DNA of 64,000 nucleotides from NCBI GenBank assembly GCA_000004985.1, contig GG738928.1. One strand, 5' to 3'. Made by a program: the position numbers and the translations under genes. The DNA comes from Naegleria gruberi (lineage: Eukaryota). The notes under the pieces were generated by a model, which was not told the DNA's origin, ran no database searches, and was given only the letters and a program-made list of their open reading frames with translations. Positions within the stretch are counted from its first letter, which is position 1. Each line of letters starts with the position of its first letter. Positions 13,077-24,541 of this stretch are shown one piece after another.

Positions 13077-13873
13077 CCGAGTCCCAACACTTGACATCAC
13101 TCTCATCATTCTCAGCATCGGCAAAACCAAATGTCTTGGATGTATATCTTTCCTCAGCACTTGATGAACTTAGCGGTGAATGTTTACATAAGGCAGAGAC
13201 TATCATGACAGTTATTGGTGTTATTGTATTTGTTTTCAAATTATCTCAACTCACGATTCAACAGCATGTTGATTCTCAAGTTATTGTTGTTGTTGTTGTG
13301 GATGTGCCTCTTTGGTATCAAGTCGCGTTGTGTTTGAGGTGACCACATCAAAGAAATCTGCAGAATTTTTTGGTACAATTAAGGTGATTATAAATAAATA
13401 AGGTCAATGACAACGTTGGGTTTTAAAACAAAATGGAATAGTCAATTTGGTAATATTAAGAAAATCCAAAAGAGGATGCCATGATGGTAGACGTTGAACT
13501 ACCTTAATATACGGTAGGTGGACATTGAACGGAGAATGTAAACTTTAAAATTGTTTTAATATTCAACCAATTCCAATCTCGTATCACAAAAAACATGTGT
13601 ATCAATTAGAGCGTCGATTCGCTTATTGAAATTTCTAGATGATTAAGGAAAATATGGAAGAAGATATGGCGAATTAACTTCATTACTAAATTAGTAACAA
13701 TTAATATTAATTTAATATGAAATCAATGAGAAGGAGTATTGATTCACATTGTTCTTTCTCCTCTCCTTATCACCTAATTGTTCACAATAATGTATAGTCA
13801 ATCAAACAATTAAAGATGTTACATGGAATACCTCACATCTGAACAACCTCTATTCATTAAGTTTATTTTGTTA

Positions 13874-13923
13874 NNNNNNNNNNNNNNNNNNNNNNNNNNN
13901 NNNNNNNNNNNNNNNNNNNNNNN
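13874..13923. other. Short N-run (50 N) at the edge of a repeat copy
   Basis: All bases are N. A partial copy of repeat C starts immediately after it. Confidence 0.99.
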
Positions 13924-14235
13924 TGTCAACACTTAATATATCTTAGTGAACACTCCATCTCAATGAAAGTACATCCAATAATCCTGTAACTTTACAAATT
14001 ACGTTTAATCACACTATTATACATCTGGTATCAATTTTATAGTGTTAGAATTGAATTCAATATGATAATAATAACAATCTTTCAAAATGTCACATTTCAA
14101 TATATAGAATATACTCCATCTCAGTCAATTTACAATATATCATACAAGTATCAAGTATGGATATACTCCCCTAGATGAGGAGAACAATCTGAGAAAGTTT
14201 CATGTTCATGGCTCTGTATCTTCAAGTCAACTAAG
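13924..14235. repeat. Dispersed repeat family C, copy 0 (includes the last roughly 25 bp of family B)
   Basis: Aligns with 16915..17190 and 21590..21850. Shared blocks include tagtgaacactccatctcagtgaaagt..ataataataacaatctttcaaaatgtcacatttcaa..ctccatctcagtca. Confidence 0.7.
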
Positions 14236-15467
14236 GAACATATTAGGTAATCAATTAGGAAGAATCTTAATTCCAAAATTAAATTTTACAATCATATCAA
14301 AACCATTGAATAATGAATTATTTATACAAGAATAATATATTCAATTGTTATATTCATGTCAGTAATCAGTGAAGGTGATACTTCTTCAACCTTAGTATAC
14401 ATATCTCAATATGTAGACAGTCAATTCCACTGAAACTTGAAATATTACCTATCTAGATGATATAATGATGACTCTTCATAGTAAGATGCATGTGAAATTG
14501 AGTGTGGACCGTTTTCATCTTGTTATATTTATAGAGATGGTATCCAACAGAGTCAGTTCACAATATTAAATATTGAAACTCATTCTATGTGACATGTTTG
14601 ATGTACGGAACGGTTTTTTATTGAATGTAATCAGTTTGAAATAATCTGATGAAATTGACACTGTCTAGTCACCATTACATGACAAATAGACCATAGTTTA
14701 CATTCCCTCTCAGTCATTTCAACGATTTATTGATTAATTCCACCACCATTATGTTTCTCGTACATTGTAGTACAGTTTATATTTCAAGAGTGATGTCTGT
14801 GTAGATTTTTATAATCGTAATACCATTCAATACCAATAAAACTCAATAGAAGTGTTAATTCTTCTCATTTTCAAATAGAGTATTCAATATAGAACACATC
14901 TAGATAGTTTCCAGATCATAAAAGTCAAGCTACTATATATGGTCTTTGATTAAATTTAAAAATAGACTGCCGTTAATTACTGGAATATTAATTCAAAGCT
15001 TGATGATAAAGCTGTTGATTGAAATCAAACCGATTATTGAATATTGATCATTGAATTGGTGAATAATCACTCTTGATAATGTTACTTATTCAGATTGCAT
15101 GCAAATCAACCTGATTCAATCTACAAAGGTTGGTAGTTGCACCACTACGTGGCGAAACTACCCATCCACGATCAATCAACATAAGAATCACTTCCATTCA
15201 ACTCAATTTGACCGTTATAATCAATAAATCAATGAAATGTTCCTTTATTAGCAATACCTATTCAATCTAACGAGTAGATTCACGTCCCAAACATTTGACT
15301 TCTAAAAGTCCATAATTCACAAGTTAGTACTGACCTGACCTTTAAATATCTATCAATACAAGAAATGAAACCATCAAATTTACATCATTAATAGATGATA
15401 AGAAATATAATCAATGATATGAATCTTCACTAAGTAATCTCTTAAATAACCCAAATAAATCAACTCT

Positions 15468-15492
15468 GAATCCTAACCAAACCCAACCCACT
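15468..15492. repeat. Interstitial telomere-like seed (cctaaccaaacccaaccca) immediately 5' of repeat A copy 2
   Basis: A short degenerate run of CCCAAA-type units is seen directly, abutting the start of the second family-A copy. Confidence 0.55.
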
Positions 15493-15990
15493 TTGTAAAT
15501 AATGTCAGATTAAAATTTCTAAAATGAAACCATAGGAAGAATGATAATTTCAAAATCCTTTAATGAGATTATATAGTATATATCATCATTAACAACATTT
15601 ATAATCACTTTCATATAAAATTTCAAAAGTTCAAGTCTGTAGATATAAAAGTATAGAGGGAAAAGGGAAGTTGTGAGGTACAAGAGGTCAACTATAACTT
15701 TTGAGTTTCTCATCAAAACATATTGAATCCTAATATGAAAATGTTCCATTTGATGAGTATACGTCGAATATCAAATTTATTTTAACTTTCATATTTACAG
15801 ATTTCTTCCCTCAACCATCATACGGTCAACTATGATGAACAGGATGAAATCTTGAAAAAGGACCACCTATTGAAACTTTACCAAAATGATGTACATGATC
15901 TATAATGATATAGAATTCAATTTCATGTCCTAATAATCAGAAATGGTATCATGGGAAGGTAAATGTTGATATTTTTTGGTTGACTTTAGA
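15493..15990. repeat. Subtelomeric repeat family A, copy 2 (internal)
   Basis: About 500 bp aligns to 527..1053 at roughly 85-90% identity. It is followed at 16035..16255 by a degenerate partial third copy sharing gaaaatgctccattcgatgagta..atcaagtttattttaactttt..gaaactttaccatcatg. Confidence 0.75.
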
Positions 15991-16034
15991 GAAAGACAAG
16001 TCAGACCAACTCTATCAAATACATCACTTCAACC

Positions 16035-16255
16035 AACAATATATACATGAAAATGCTCCATTCGATGAGTAGAGATAGAATATCAAGTTTATTTTAACTT
16101 TTATATTCACGATTTCAACTCTAACATGCCATCTGATAAACTATGGACACGGATGAATTTCTGGAAAATGACCACTTTATGAAACTTTACCATCATGTTA
16201 TACATCTCTACTAATGTATATGGTTCAATTTTCAGACAGTTTGGTGAACATTCTA
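16035..16255. repeat. Degenerate partial copy of repeat family A
   Basis: Shares blocks with family A (ccatt[ct]gatgagta, atatcaa[ag]tttatttt[ga]actt, gaaactttacca.catg.tatacat.tcta.taatg) at lower identity. Confidence 0.5.
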
Positions 16256-16470
16256 TCTTTCAATAAGGCAAAGGGTGAAATTTCAAGGTTGTCTTTGGAA
16301 GATCAGGAGGAAATCTTGAATATAGAGAACCAAATCCTCAATCTACAAAATACATATCAATCGATTGGAAATCAATAGTACATCTCGAAAATATCATTTA
16401 TTTTATGTTTTGAAATCTCTCCTTGACCTCTTTTAGTCAATTAAGACAATTAAGGATGAGACTATAGGAA

Positions 16471-17190
16471 AAGTTACCAATCTCAAAATAAATGATAATA
16501 TCGTGTTCCACATCTCAAATAAAGTGGACTTTCTTCAAATTATATATTTTCATTTCAATAAATGCATCCGTTAGATAGTACATGGTGATATTTCAATGGA
16601 ATGGATGGAAATCTGAAAGGTACAGAAACAACTCCATTTTCACTTAAATCAATATCATTACATGTAGACGCTCTAATTAGAATATGATATCAATTTCATG
16701 AATATTGGTTCAGTAGATGTCGACATGTCAACTCTATCAATTTACTATAGACATTTGACATGATATCATAGATTAAGCTCCAACTCACTCATTTTACGTA
16801 CAATCAGTCTAGAAATGATGATAAATAATATACACATCTATAAAATACATCTACAATAGTTTAAAAACGTTTCAAACTACTTTCATAAAATTAATCAGTA
16901 AATGTTCAATGTCAATCCTAGGTATACCATAGTGAACACTTCATCTCAGTGAAGGTACACCCAATCATCCTATAACTTTGCCAGATACGTTTAATCATAC
17001 TATTGTACATATTGTATTAATTTTAGATATTCTGAATAGAAATTGACTTGATAATAATAACAATCTGTCAAAAAAGTAACTTTTCAATATATAGAATACG
17101 CTCCAGCTCATTCAGTTTGTATAATATCAAACAAGTATGAAACATGAACACATTCCTATTGGTGATAGGTACAATCTGAGAAAGATTCAT
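16471..17190. repeat. Composite dispersed repeat B+C, copy 1
   Basis: Aligns along its whole length with 21141..21850. Shared text runs from aagttaccaatctcaaaataaatgataatatcgtgttc.acatctcaaataaagtggacttt through ctccatctcagtca. Confidence 0.75.
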
Positions 17191-17214
17191 TGTGAAGAAG
17201 TTGGGTCTTGTCAT

Positions 17215-19700
17215 CATACAAGAATTGAATCAAGTATCCATTTACTTGGATTGAACTTTACATAAGCACACCGGGTTTGAGCCACACCAAGCTCATTTGA
17301 GAAAGTGTAATTTAATTTTACAACGGGTTTGAGCCACACCATGTTCATTTGAAACAATTTCAAGTCGTTTTTACATCGGGTTTGACGACAACCACTGTTT
17401 AAAGATAACATTTGTGAAAAATCGACTGATCTCAATCATTATTAAGAATTTGAGTATACTCCAATGGAATGTTACCATCTACATACAGTTTAGAACATTT
17501 TCCATCCCCTTGTAAAAATTCCTTAATAATTTTGAAATATTCAAAGTTCAGTAAGAATGCAAAAATTTTAATTTGTTGTATAGTATAATACAGTATCATC
17601 AAAAAGTTGGATAACTCATTCTTTTGAAAAGAAGCAACGGGTTTGAGCCACTCCACGTTCATTTGAAACAATTTCAAAAAGTTTTTACATCGGGTTGGAT
17701 GACAACCATTGTTTTAAAGATTACAGTTGTGAAAAATCGACTGATCTCAATCATTTCTGAGAATTTAAGTATACTGTAAAGGACTGGTACCATTTCTATC
17801 GAGTTTTGAACATTTTCCATCTACTTGAAAAAATTCCTTACTAATTGTGAAGTAAGAAAAGTTCAGTAAGAATGTAAAAATTTTAATTTGTTGTATAGTA
17901 TAATACAGTCTTGTCAAAAGGTTGGATACGTCACTCTTTCGAAAAGAAGCAACGGGTTTGAGCCACTCCACGTTCATTTGAAACAATTTCAAACAGTTTT
18001 TACATCGGGTTGGATAACAACCATTGTTTTAAAGATTACAGTTGTGAAAAAATGGCAAATCTCAATCATTTTTGAGAATTTAACTATACTGTAAAAGACT
18101 GTCACCATTTCCATCGAGTTTTGAACATTTTCCAATCACTTGTAAAAAATTCTTAATAATTGTGAACTACTCAAAGTTCACTAAGATAGAAATATTTCAT
18201 AAACTTATAGTTCCTTATTGTAAGGAATTGTCAAAAGGTCTGAAATCCACTTTCATGAATATAATCAACAGGTTTGAGCCAATCCATGTTCATTTGAAAC
18301 AATTTCAAACAGTTTTTACATCGGGTTGGATGACAACCACTGTTTTAAAGATTACAGTTGTGAAAAAATGGAAAATCTCAATCATTATGGATATTTTGAG
18401 TATACTCCAATGGAATGTTACTATCTACATACAGTTTAGAACATTTTCCATCCCCTTGTAAAAATTCCTTAATAATTTTGAAATATTCAAAGTTCAGTAA
18501 GATTGCAAACAATTTACTTTGTTGAATAGTGTATTACAGCCTCATCACAATCGATCAGGAACTTTTTTGAAAAGAAGCAACGGGTTTGAGCCACTCCAAG
18601 CTCATTTGAAACAGTTTCAAAAAGTTTTTACATCGGGTTGGATGACAACCACTGTTTTAAAGATTACAGTTGTGAAAAAATGGCAAATCTCAATCATTTT
18701 TGAGAATTTAAGTATACTGTAAAGGACTGGTACCATTTCCATCGAGTTTTGAACATTTTCCATCTACTTGAAAAAATTCCTTACTAATTGTGAAATATTC
18801 AAAGTTCAGTAAGAAAGTTTAATTGTGAAAATGTTGCCAGAATACCAGTTAAAATTGTATTCCGATTGAATTTTACGTAAGCACACCGGGTTTGAGCCAC
18901 ACCAAGCTCATTTAAGAAAGTTTAATTTAATTTTACAACGGGTTTGAGCCAGTCCATGGAGTTGTTAGTAAAGAGTGGTTGGATGAAATCACTGTTTCAA
19001 AGATAACAGTTGTGAAAAATCGACCAATCTCAATCATTATTAAGAATTTGAGTATAGTTCAATGGAATTATACCATCTATAGCCAGTTTTGAACATTTTC
19101 CATCGACTTGTAAAAATTCCTTAATAATTAGGATGAAGGAAAAGTTCACTAAGAAAAGACAATGTTAATTTGTTGAACAGTATTGTACAATCCCCACCTA
19201 AAGGTTGAATAAGTCACTCTTTTGAGAAGAAGCAACGGGTTTGAGCAACTCCAAGCTCATTTGAAACATTTAATAGTAGTTGTTACATCGGGTTGGATGA
19301 CAACCACTGTTTTAAAGATTACAGTTGTGAAAAATAGACTGATCTCAATCATTATTGAGAATTTAAGTACACTTTAAAGGACTGCCACCATTTCCATCGA
19401 TTTTGGAACATTTTCCATCTACTTGAAACAATNNNNNNNNNNNNNNNNNNNNNNNNNNNNNNNNNNNNNNNNNNNNNNNNNNCATTTGAAACAATTTCAA
19501 ACAGTTTTAATCGGGTTGGATGACAACCATTGTTTAAAAGATAACAGTTGTGAAAAAATGGCAAATCTCAATCATTTCTTAGAATTTAACTATGCTGTAA
19601 CGGAATGTTACCATCTACAGCAATTTTAGAACACTTTCCATCTACTTGAAACAATTCCTTAATAATTATGATGCAAGCAAAGTTCACTAAGAAAAGAATA
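17215..19700. repeat. Tandem satellite array, about 8 units with period roughly 300-330 bp
   Basis: A conserved core (caacgggtttgagccactccacgttcatttgaaacaatttcaaacagtttttacatcgggttggatgacaaccactgttttaaagattacagttgtgaaaaaatggcaaatctcaatcatt..gagaatttaagtatactgtaaaggactg..ccatttccatcgagttttgaacattttccatc) recurs at about 17636, 17951, 18272, 18587, 18937, 19238 and 19483, with shortened variants at 17272 and 18887. A 50-N run lies inside the array. The repeated small ORFs here (MKLFQMNVEWLKPVASF...) derive from the repeat. Confidence 0.8.
19433..19482. other. Short N-run (50 N) inside the satellite array
   Basis: All bases are N. Confidence 0.99.
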
Positions 19701-21126
19701 TTTCAAAAACTTATTGTTGGTGGAATGATTCTGCACAACTATAGAGCATCTCCTTGTTCCGATATTGTACATGTGGATATTAGTAAAAAAACCACCACTA
19801 TAACAAAATTTTTTGTTTTGGTCCAACAGATGATGAGAATTGGCACTTGTAAATGTTGAAAATAATGTTATACCAATTCTACATCATACACAACTTGGCT
19901 ACTTATCCATCATTTACAAAATGATACAATTGAAATAAATATCATATCTCAATTTAAATATAGAGATGGTCAATTAAGGTACCTCAATAGGGAAGTACCC
20001 TAAGGACAATGAGATTCAATACCAAATTGATACAATATGTTATTAACATCATATAATGAGGTTTCTATCAATTTCAAATCATTTGGACATCATTCAGTAT
20101 TCATGCCATTTAACCATGTCACTAACTACTCATGATAATATGACAAGTCAATATCAAGATGTTCAACAAGATAGAATATCATACAAATACTCTTATAATT
20201 GATGTTCATAACGTATTTGAGTGATACAAATCAATATCTATATAATTGGACTATCTGTCAAGCTACTGTCCTAATTGACAAAAAGGTAACATTCTTACAT
20301 GTCATGAATGGTAATAATCAACACCAATTCAATACTACCATGTTATAATCATCAAATACTCTCATCGAATCAATTTTGGAATGATTTCAATATCATCTTA
20401 GATAGTTATCATATGACAAAGTTACTACCTTAGTGAACTACCCACGTCATTAATAAATGTCTAAAACCAAATCTTTCAATTATATATTCATATATATATC
20501 AATAATAGTGTATAATATCAGTTTTATAATATATAATCAATTATTGGTATGATGGCAATATTTCAATTAAACATTGACATTGCAACATTTCGCAAATTGG
20601 AAATATAGGTCATAACATCATGATATTCAACATTTAGTGATAAAGTAAAACGATGACATATATTATCCAATAAAATATTCAGATCCCTTTAAAAGTGTTA
20701 ACCACATCAAAAGCTCCCCATGCAAGTTGACTTCCAAAAGTCTCAAAATGGATCCAATCATGATTTTTTCAGTGATATATGATTACCATTCATATTCACT
20801 ACTGTATTTATCAGTATTATTGAATTTTATTGTGTTTCCATATTATAGGTCAACATCTTGGTCAATTAATCATTTACTAGTAGAAAAGCTACAAGGAAAT
20901 GTTTCTCTCTAGTCACCACCCAATAACCTCCTCTTCATGAAGAAGAGTTCCAAATCTTGAGATGAGAACCTTGTTCACTTTCAATATGTTGAATTAATGC
21001 AACCACTTTCCCATTCTTCTATCAAGTGTTGTCACAATAAGAAGCTTCTGATTCGTATCAACAATAAACAATTTCAAAATCTTAAATCAATAAGAGATTG
21101 GAGTAAGAGGTATCCGAGGTTCGTAG

Positions 21127-21140
21127 AACCAAACCCAAAG
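21127..21140. repeat. Interstitial telomere-like seed (aaccaaacccaaag) immediately 5' of repeat B copy 2
   Basis: Seen directly at the junction with copy 2 of repeat B. Copy 1 of B (16471) lacks the seed. Confidence 0.45.
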
Positions 21141-21850
21141 TTACCAATCTCAAAATAAATGATAATATCGTGTTCTACATCTCAAATAAAGTGGACTTTC
21201 ATCAAATTATATATTTTCATTTCAAGAAATGCATCCAGTAGATAGTACATGGTGATTTGTCAGGAGAATGGATGGAAATCTGAAGGGTCCAGAAACAACT
21301 CCAATTTAACTGAAATTGATATCATGGTATGTAGACACTCTAATTAGTATGTGGTATCAATTTCATGAATATTGGTTCAGTAGATGTCGAGATGTCAACA
21401 CTATCAATTTACTATAGACATTTGACATAATATCATAGATTATACTCCAACTCACTCATTTTACATATAATAAGTCTAGAATTGATACCACATAGTCTAT
21501 ATATCAATTAATATACATCTACAATAGTTAAGAAACATTTCAAACTATTTTCATAAAATTAATCAGTAAATGTTCAATATCAACATTATATATATCCTAG
21601 TGAACACTCCATCTCAGTGAAAGTTATTCCAATCATTCTGTAACTTTACCCAATACGTTTAATCACATTATTATACATCTGGTATCAATTGCATACAGTT
21701 AGAATTGAATTCAATATGATAATAATAACAATCTTTCAAAATGTCACATTTCAAAAAAAAGATTACACTCCATCTCAGTCAGTTTACAAATATCATACTA
21801 GTATCAAATATGAATACACTCCTCTTGATGAGGATCTGAGAAGTTTCAAT
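21141..21850. repeat. Composite dispersed repeat B+C, copy 2
   Basis: Aligns with 16471..17190 at roughly 85% identity, with indels. Confidence 0.75.
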
Positions 21851-23173
21851 TGATGGCTCAGTATCTTCAAGTCAACTAAGTAACCTAAGAATAGACAAGT
21901 CAATTAAGTACATCAAGTCAACAATTGAAAATTGAAATATAGTATATTTATTACAAATTAATAGGACTGTTCTAAATAACCATAGTGTTTAAATCAATGT
22001 TTGTAAAGTTGTCAATACATCATGTCACAGATCATACTCTTTCTCAATGAATACTTGACTAAATCAATTGAAATTGACATCTAGTTGTTTATATGTAGTA
22101 TTGTATATGTGGTATCAATATCTTTTAAAATTGTCAAGTATTAAGGAAGATCTAAAAAATAAGGTGGTAATAATGAATAAGTTAGTAAAATCACCTTGAA
22201 TCGATCACTCGTCACTTAATTGACACTCCAACATACAACCACTGAACCAACAGTGCTAAAGCTTTAATTTCTAGAAATGATTCGTATGAATAACCAAGGG
22301 GTTGTATGACTATTAAGGGAAAATTGTCGGTTTCTATTAAGAACAACAATTAACAACAAATAACAACAAGAATCGTATCATTATATGATAATAACAATAA
22401 TTTATTAAACGATATGGAAGGGAGAAGTTGCTCCCTCACCAAATGATGAGGGGAAGATTCAACTTGATGATCAAGAGATGGTACCTCCACCAATCTACTT
22501 AAATTATAGAATCATTGAAGATTATCCTGATGATCTTGTTGATAAATAGATTCATACATCGGAATAGTTTTGGAAGCAGAGTTATTTAGCGTTGTATTTT
22601 GATAATCGTAATATTTTAAAGGGTTAAAAATGGAGTTGATTAATGCGATTATCAAAATAATGGCTTCAGATCCATGGCTATTAGCATTGCCAACAAGCAA
22701 ATAACTTGTGGAGTGAGAAACATTACCACTTCCACCTTCTAAATAATATTAATAAATATTATTTACTTGTTCCTTAATGATCTTAATGATATCGGAATAA
22801 GTGCGCACCGCAATTAAAGGTAGTTTCACACTTGTTCAACACAGCTATTAAGCAATAGAAAATTAACAAGTTTAACACCAATTCAAATACAAAATACTCA
22901 ACAATTACTGAATTAAATGCAAATATCCCAACGTCATTTTGTAGAGAATTAAGTTGAACCTATGCGATTTTTCACCTTTTGCCAAATGGTTGCGTATCTA
23001 CCAAGCCCCCCCCAAGAGAACAAAAAACACAGAAATATTGAGGTAAAACGAGTTGATTATCTCCATTATTTGATAGCAACCAATATTAAAATTATATATC
23101 AGCATGTAGCCGTGAACATTTCCTATCTAATGATATATATTGATGTATATGAAGTCTTATAAATAATGATGTT

Positions 23174-24133
23174 TTAAGAGCGCAGATTAATATCGATTGG
23201 TTTATTGTATGGGACGAAGTGGTTGGACCGTTGATAAAATCTTTTCTTTTGAAAGTTGCCACTACTTTTCTTTGGTCTTTCTTCTCTCAATTTCTCACCT
23301 TTCTTAATGGCCTTTTGTTGTTGTTTGGATGTAATATTGTCGATTGTGCCACCAGATTTATAAGTATTGACAAATTCCTTTGCAGCTTCAAAACCACCAG
23401 AACCGGCACCCAATTTAATGGCAATGCAATTTAAGTCAGCAATATTATGGATGAATTCAATAGCTTGAAGCCATTCAACTAAATCAAAAGAGTTACCATT
23501 TCTCAATCTTTTACAAACTTGTACAATAATATGAGATTGGGCAAGTAGTAAAGGATAACCTTTACTTCTAAATTCTTTTCCACCATAGACATCAGGAACA
23601 GGGGCGTCAACTTCTTCTCTGAACACTCTTTGTAGAAAAGCCATTCTATTCTTGAATTCAGAGTCAGCTGAATATTGTTCATTAGAAGTTGACAATATCA
23701 ACTCAAATATATCATCTGAAGATAACTCGTCATTAATTGATTCTCCAGTGATTGATTGATAGCAATCACGTAGGTACTCTTTCAATGAAATACCTTCAGA
23801 ATCTCTCTCTCTTTTACCAGTACCGAAATAGTTGTTCGAATCAGATTGTTTAAGATTAAGAGCATTAGCGAGAGCAGCAGCACCTGAAGATACAAGACCG
23901 GAATTTTGGTTTTCAGGGTTGGCGATACGGTCTTAGCTTTGTTGATATGTAGTAGTAGAATCACCATCAGCATAAATTCTAGCTGTTGTGTCGGTAGCTG
24001 ATGAAGATGAATCAGATGGGCTGAATACTTCCACTCTTTGTTTAGGATGAGATGGAGATGATACAGCGTGTTGTTTCCTTTGTGGAGTTCCTTTCTTGTT
24101 ATTACCAGACATTTCGAATAATTTTTTGAGCAT
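23174..24133 (-). CDS. Hypothetical protein (about 320 codons). A single reading frame is interrupted by one in-frame TAA at 23933..23935. It may be an intron-containing gene, a pseudogene or a sequencing error.
   Basis: ORFs 23933..24133 and 23174..23785 lie in the same frame, since 24133 and 23785 are congruent mod 3. The frame is open on both sides of the TAA (...YADGDSTTTYQQS * DRIANPENQNSGLVSSGAAALANAL...KEYLRDCYQS...). No canonical GT donor removes the stop cleanly. The only in-frame candidate is a weak GTGATT...CAG intron of 81 nt. I recognised no domain. Confidence 0.4.
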
Positions 24134-24541
24134 GGAAAATTTTTAACAACTCGTCACTTATTAAGCATACCCGAATATTTTCACTTTATTTTGTAATTTA
24201 CAATCGGAAACAAGTCCATTCCTCATATTCAATCGGAATTCAACATCATTTCAAATCTAAACTAGTAATGGGTAAGTAACTACACTCACCTTACATGCTC
24301 ACAATAATTACAATATCTCATTAAGTGTGGAAGGCAGTAATTTGATGATTGGATTTATTGACATGGTGTCTTTACATCATCTTGGCGACTTGATTTTTAT
24401 CAAGGCTTTGTTGTAATGCCAAGTGGTGGTTTTTTGTAAATCCAGACCAAAATCCATCACTAGGAAATTGATGATATTTAATTAATAGATGATTACATCA
24501 TCCTTCCAACATATGCCAAATATCAACATCATCACAAAAAA

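Noticed and set aside
7632-13342. ORFs 7632..13094, 7652..13090, 7657..13239, 13091..13342 and the 6558..13160 N-terminus
   Set aside because: These are artefacts of reading frames through the 5381-N run. The short real flanks (13077..13340) have no supportable coding signal on their own.
17636-19500. B-box-like motifs (GGGTTTGAGCC, GGTTGGATGAC) in the satellite core, which might suggest a tRNA-derived SINE
   Set aside because: The match to the GGTTCGANTCC consensus is weak, there is no A-box at the right spacing and no poly-A or target-site duplications. The units are in head-to-tail tandem and not dispersed.
17214-19859. Series of 60-100-aa ORFs (MKLFQMNVEWLKPVASF..., MLYSIIQSCQKVGY...) in the 17-20 kb region
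   Set aside because: The same peptides recur with the roughly 320-bp period of the satellite. They are repeat-derived ORFs with no start or stop context, not a gene family.
22300-22760. Short coding-like frames on both strands around 22.3-22.8 kb (for example ...PPPIYLNYRIIEDYPDDLVDK* on + and ...GGSGNVSHSTSYLLVGNANSHGSE... on -)
   Set aside because: No start codon, splice context or recognisable domain. They may be remnants or terminal exons of unresolved genes at the subtelomere boundary, but the evidence is insufficient for a feature call.
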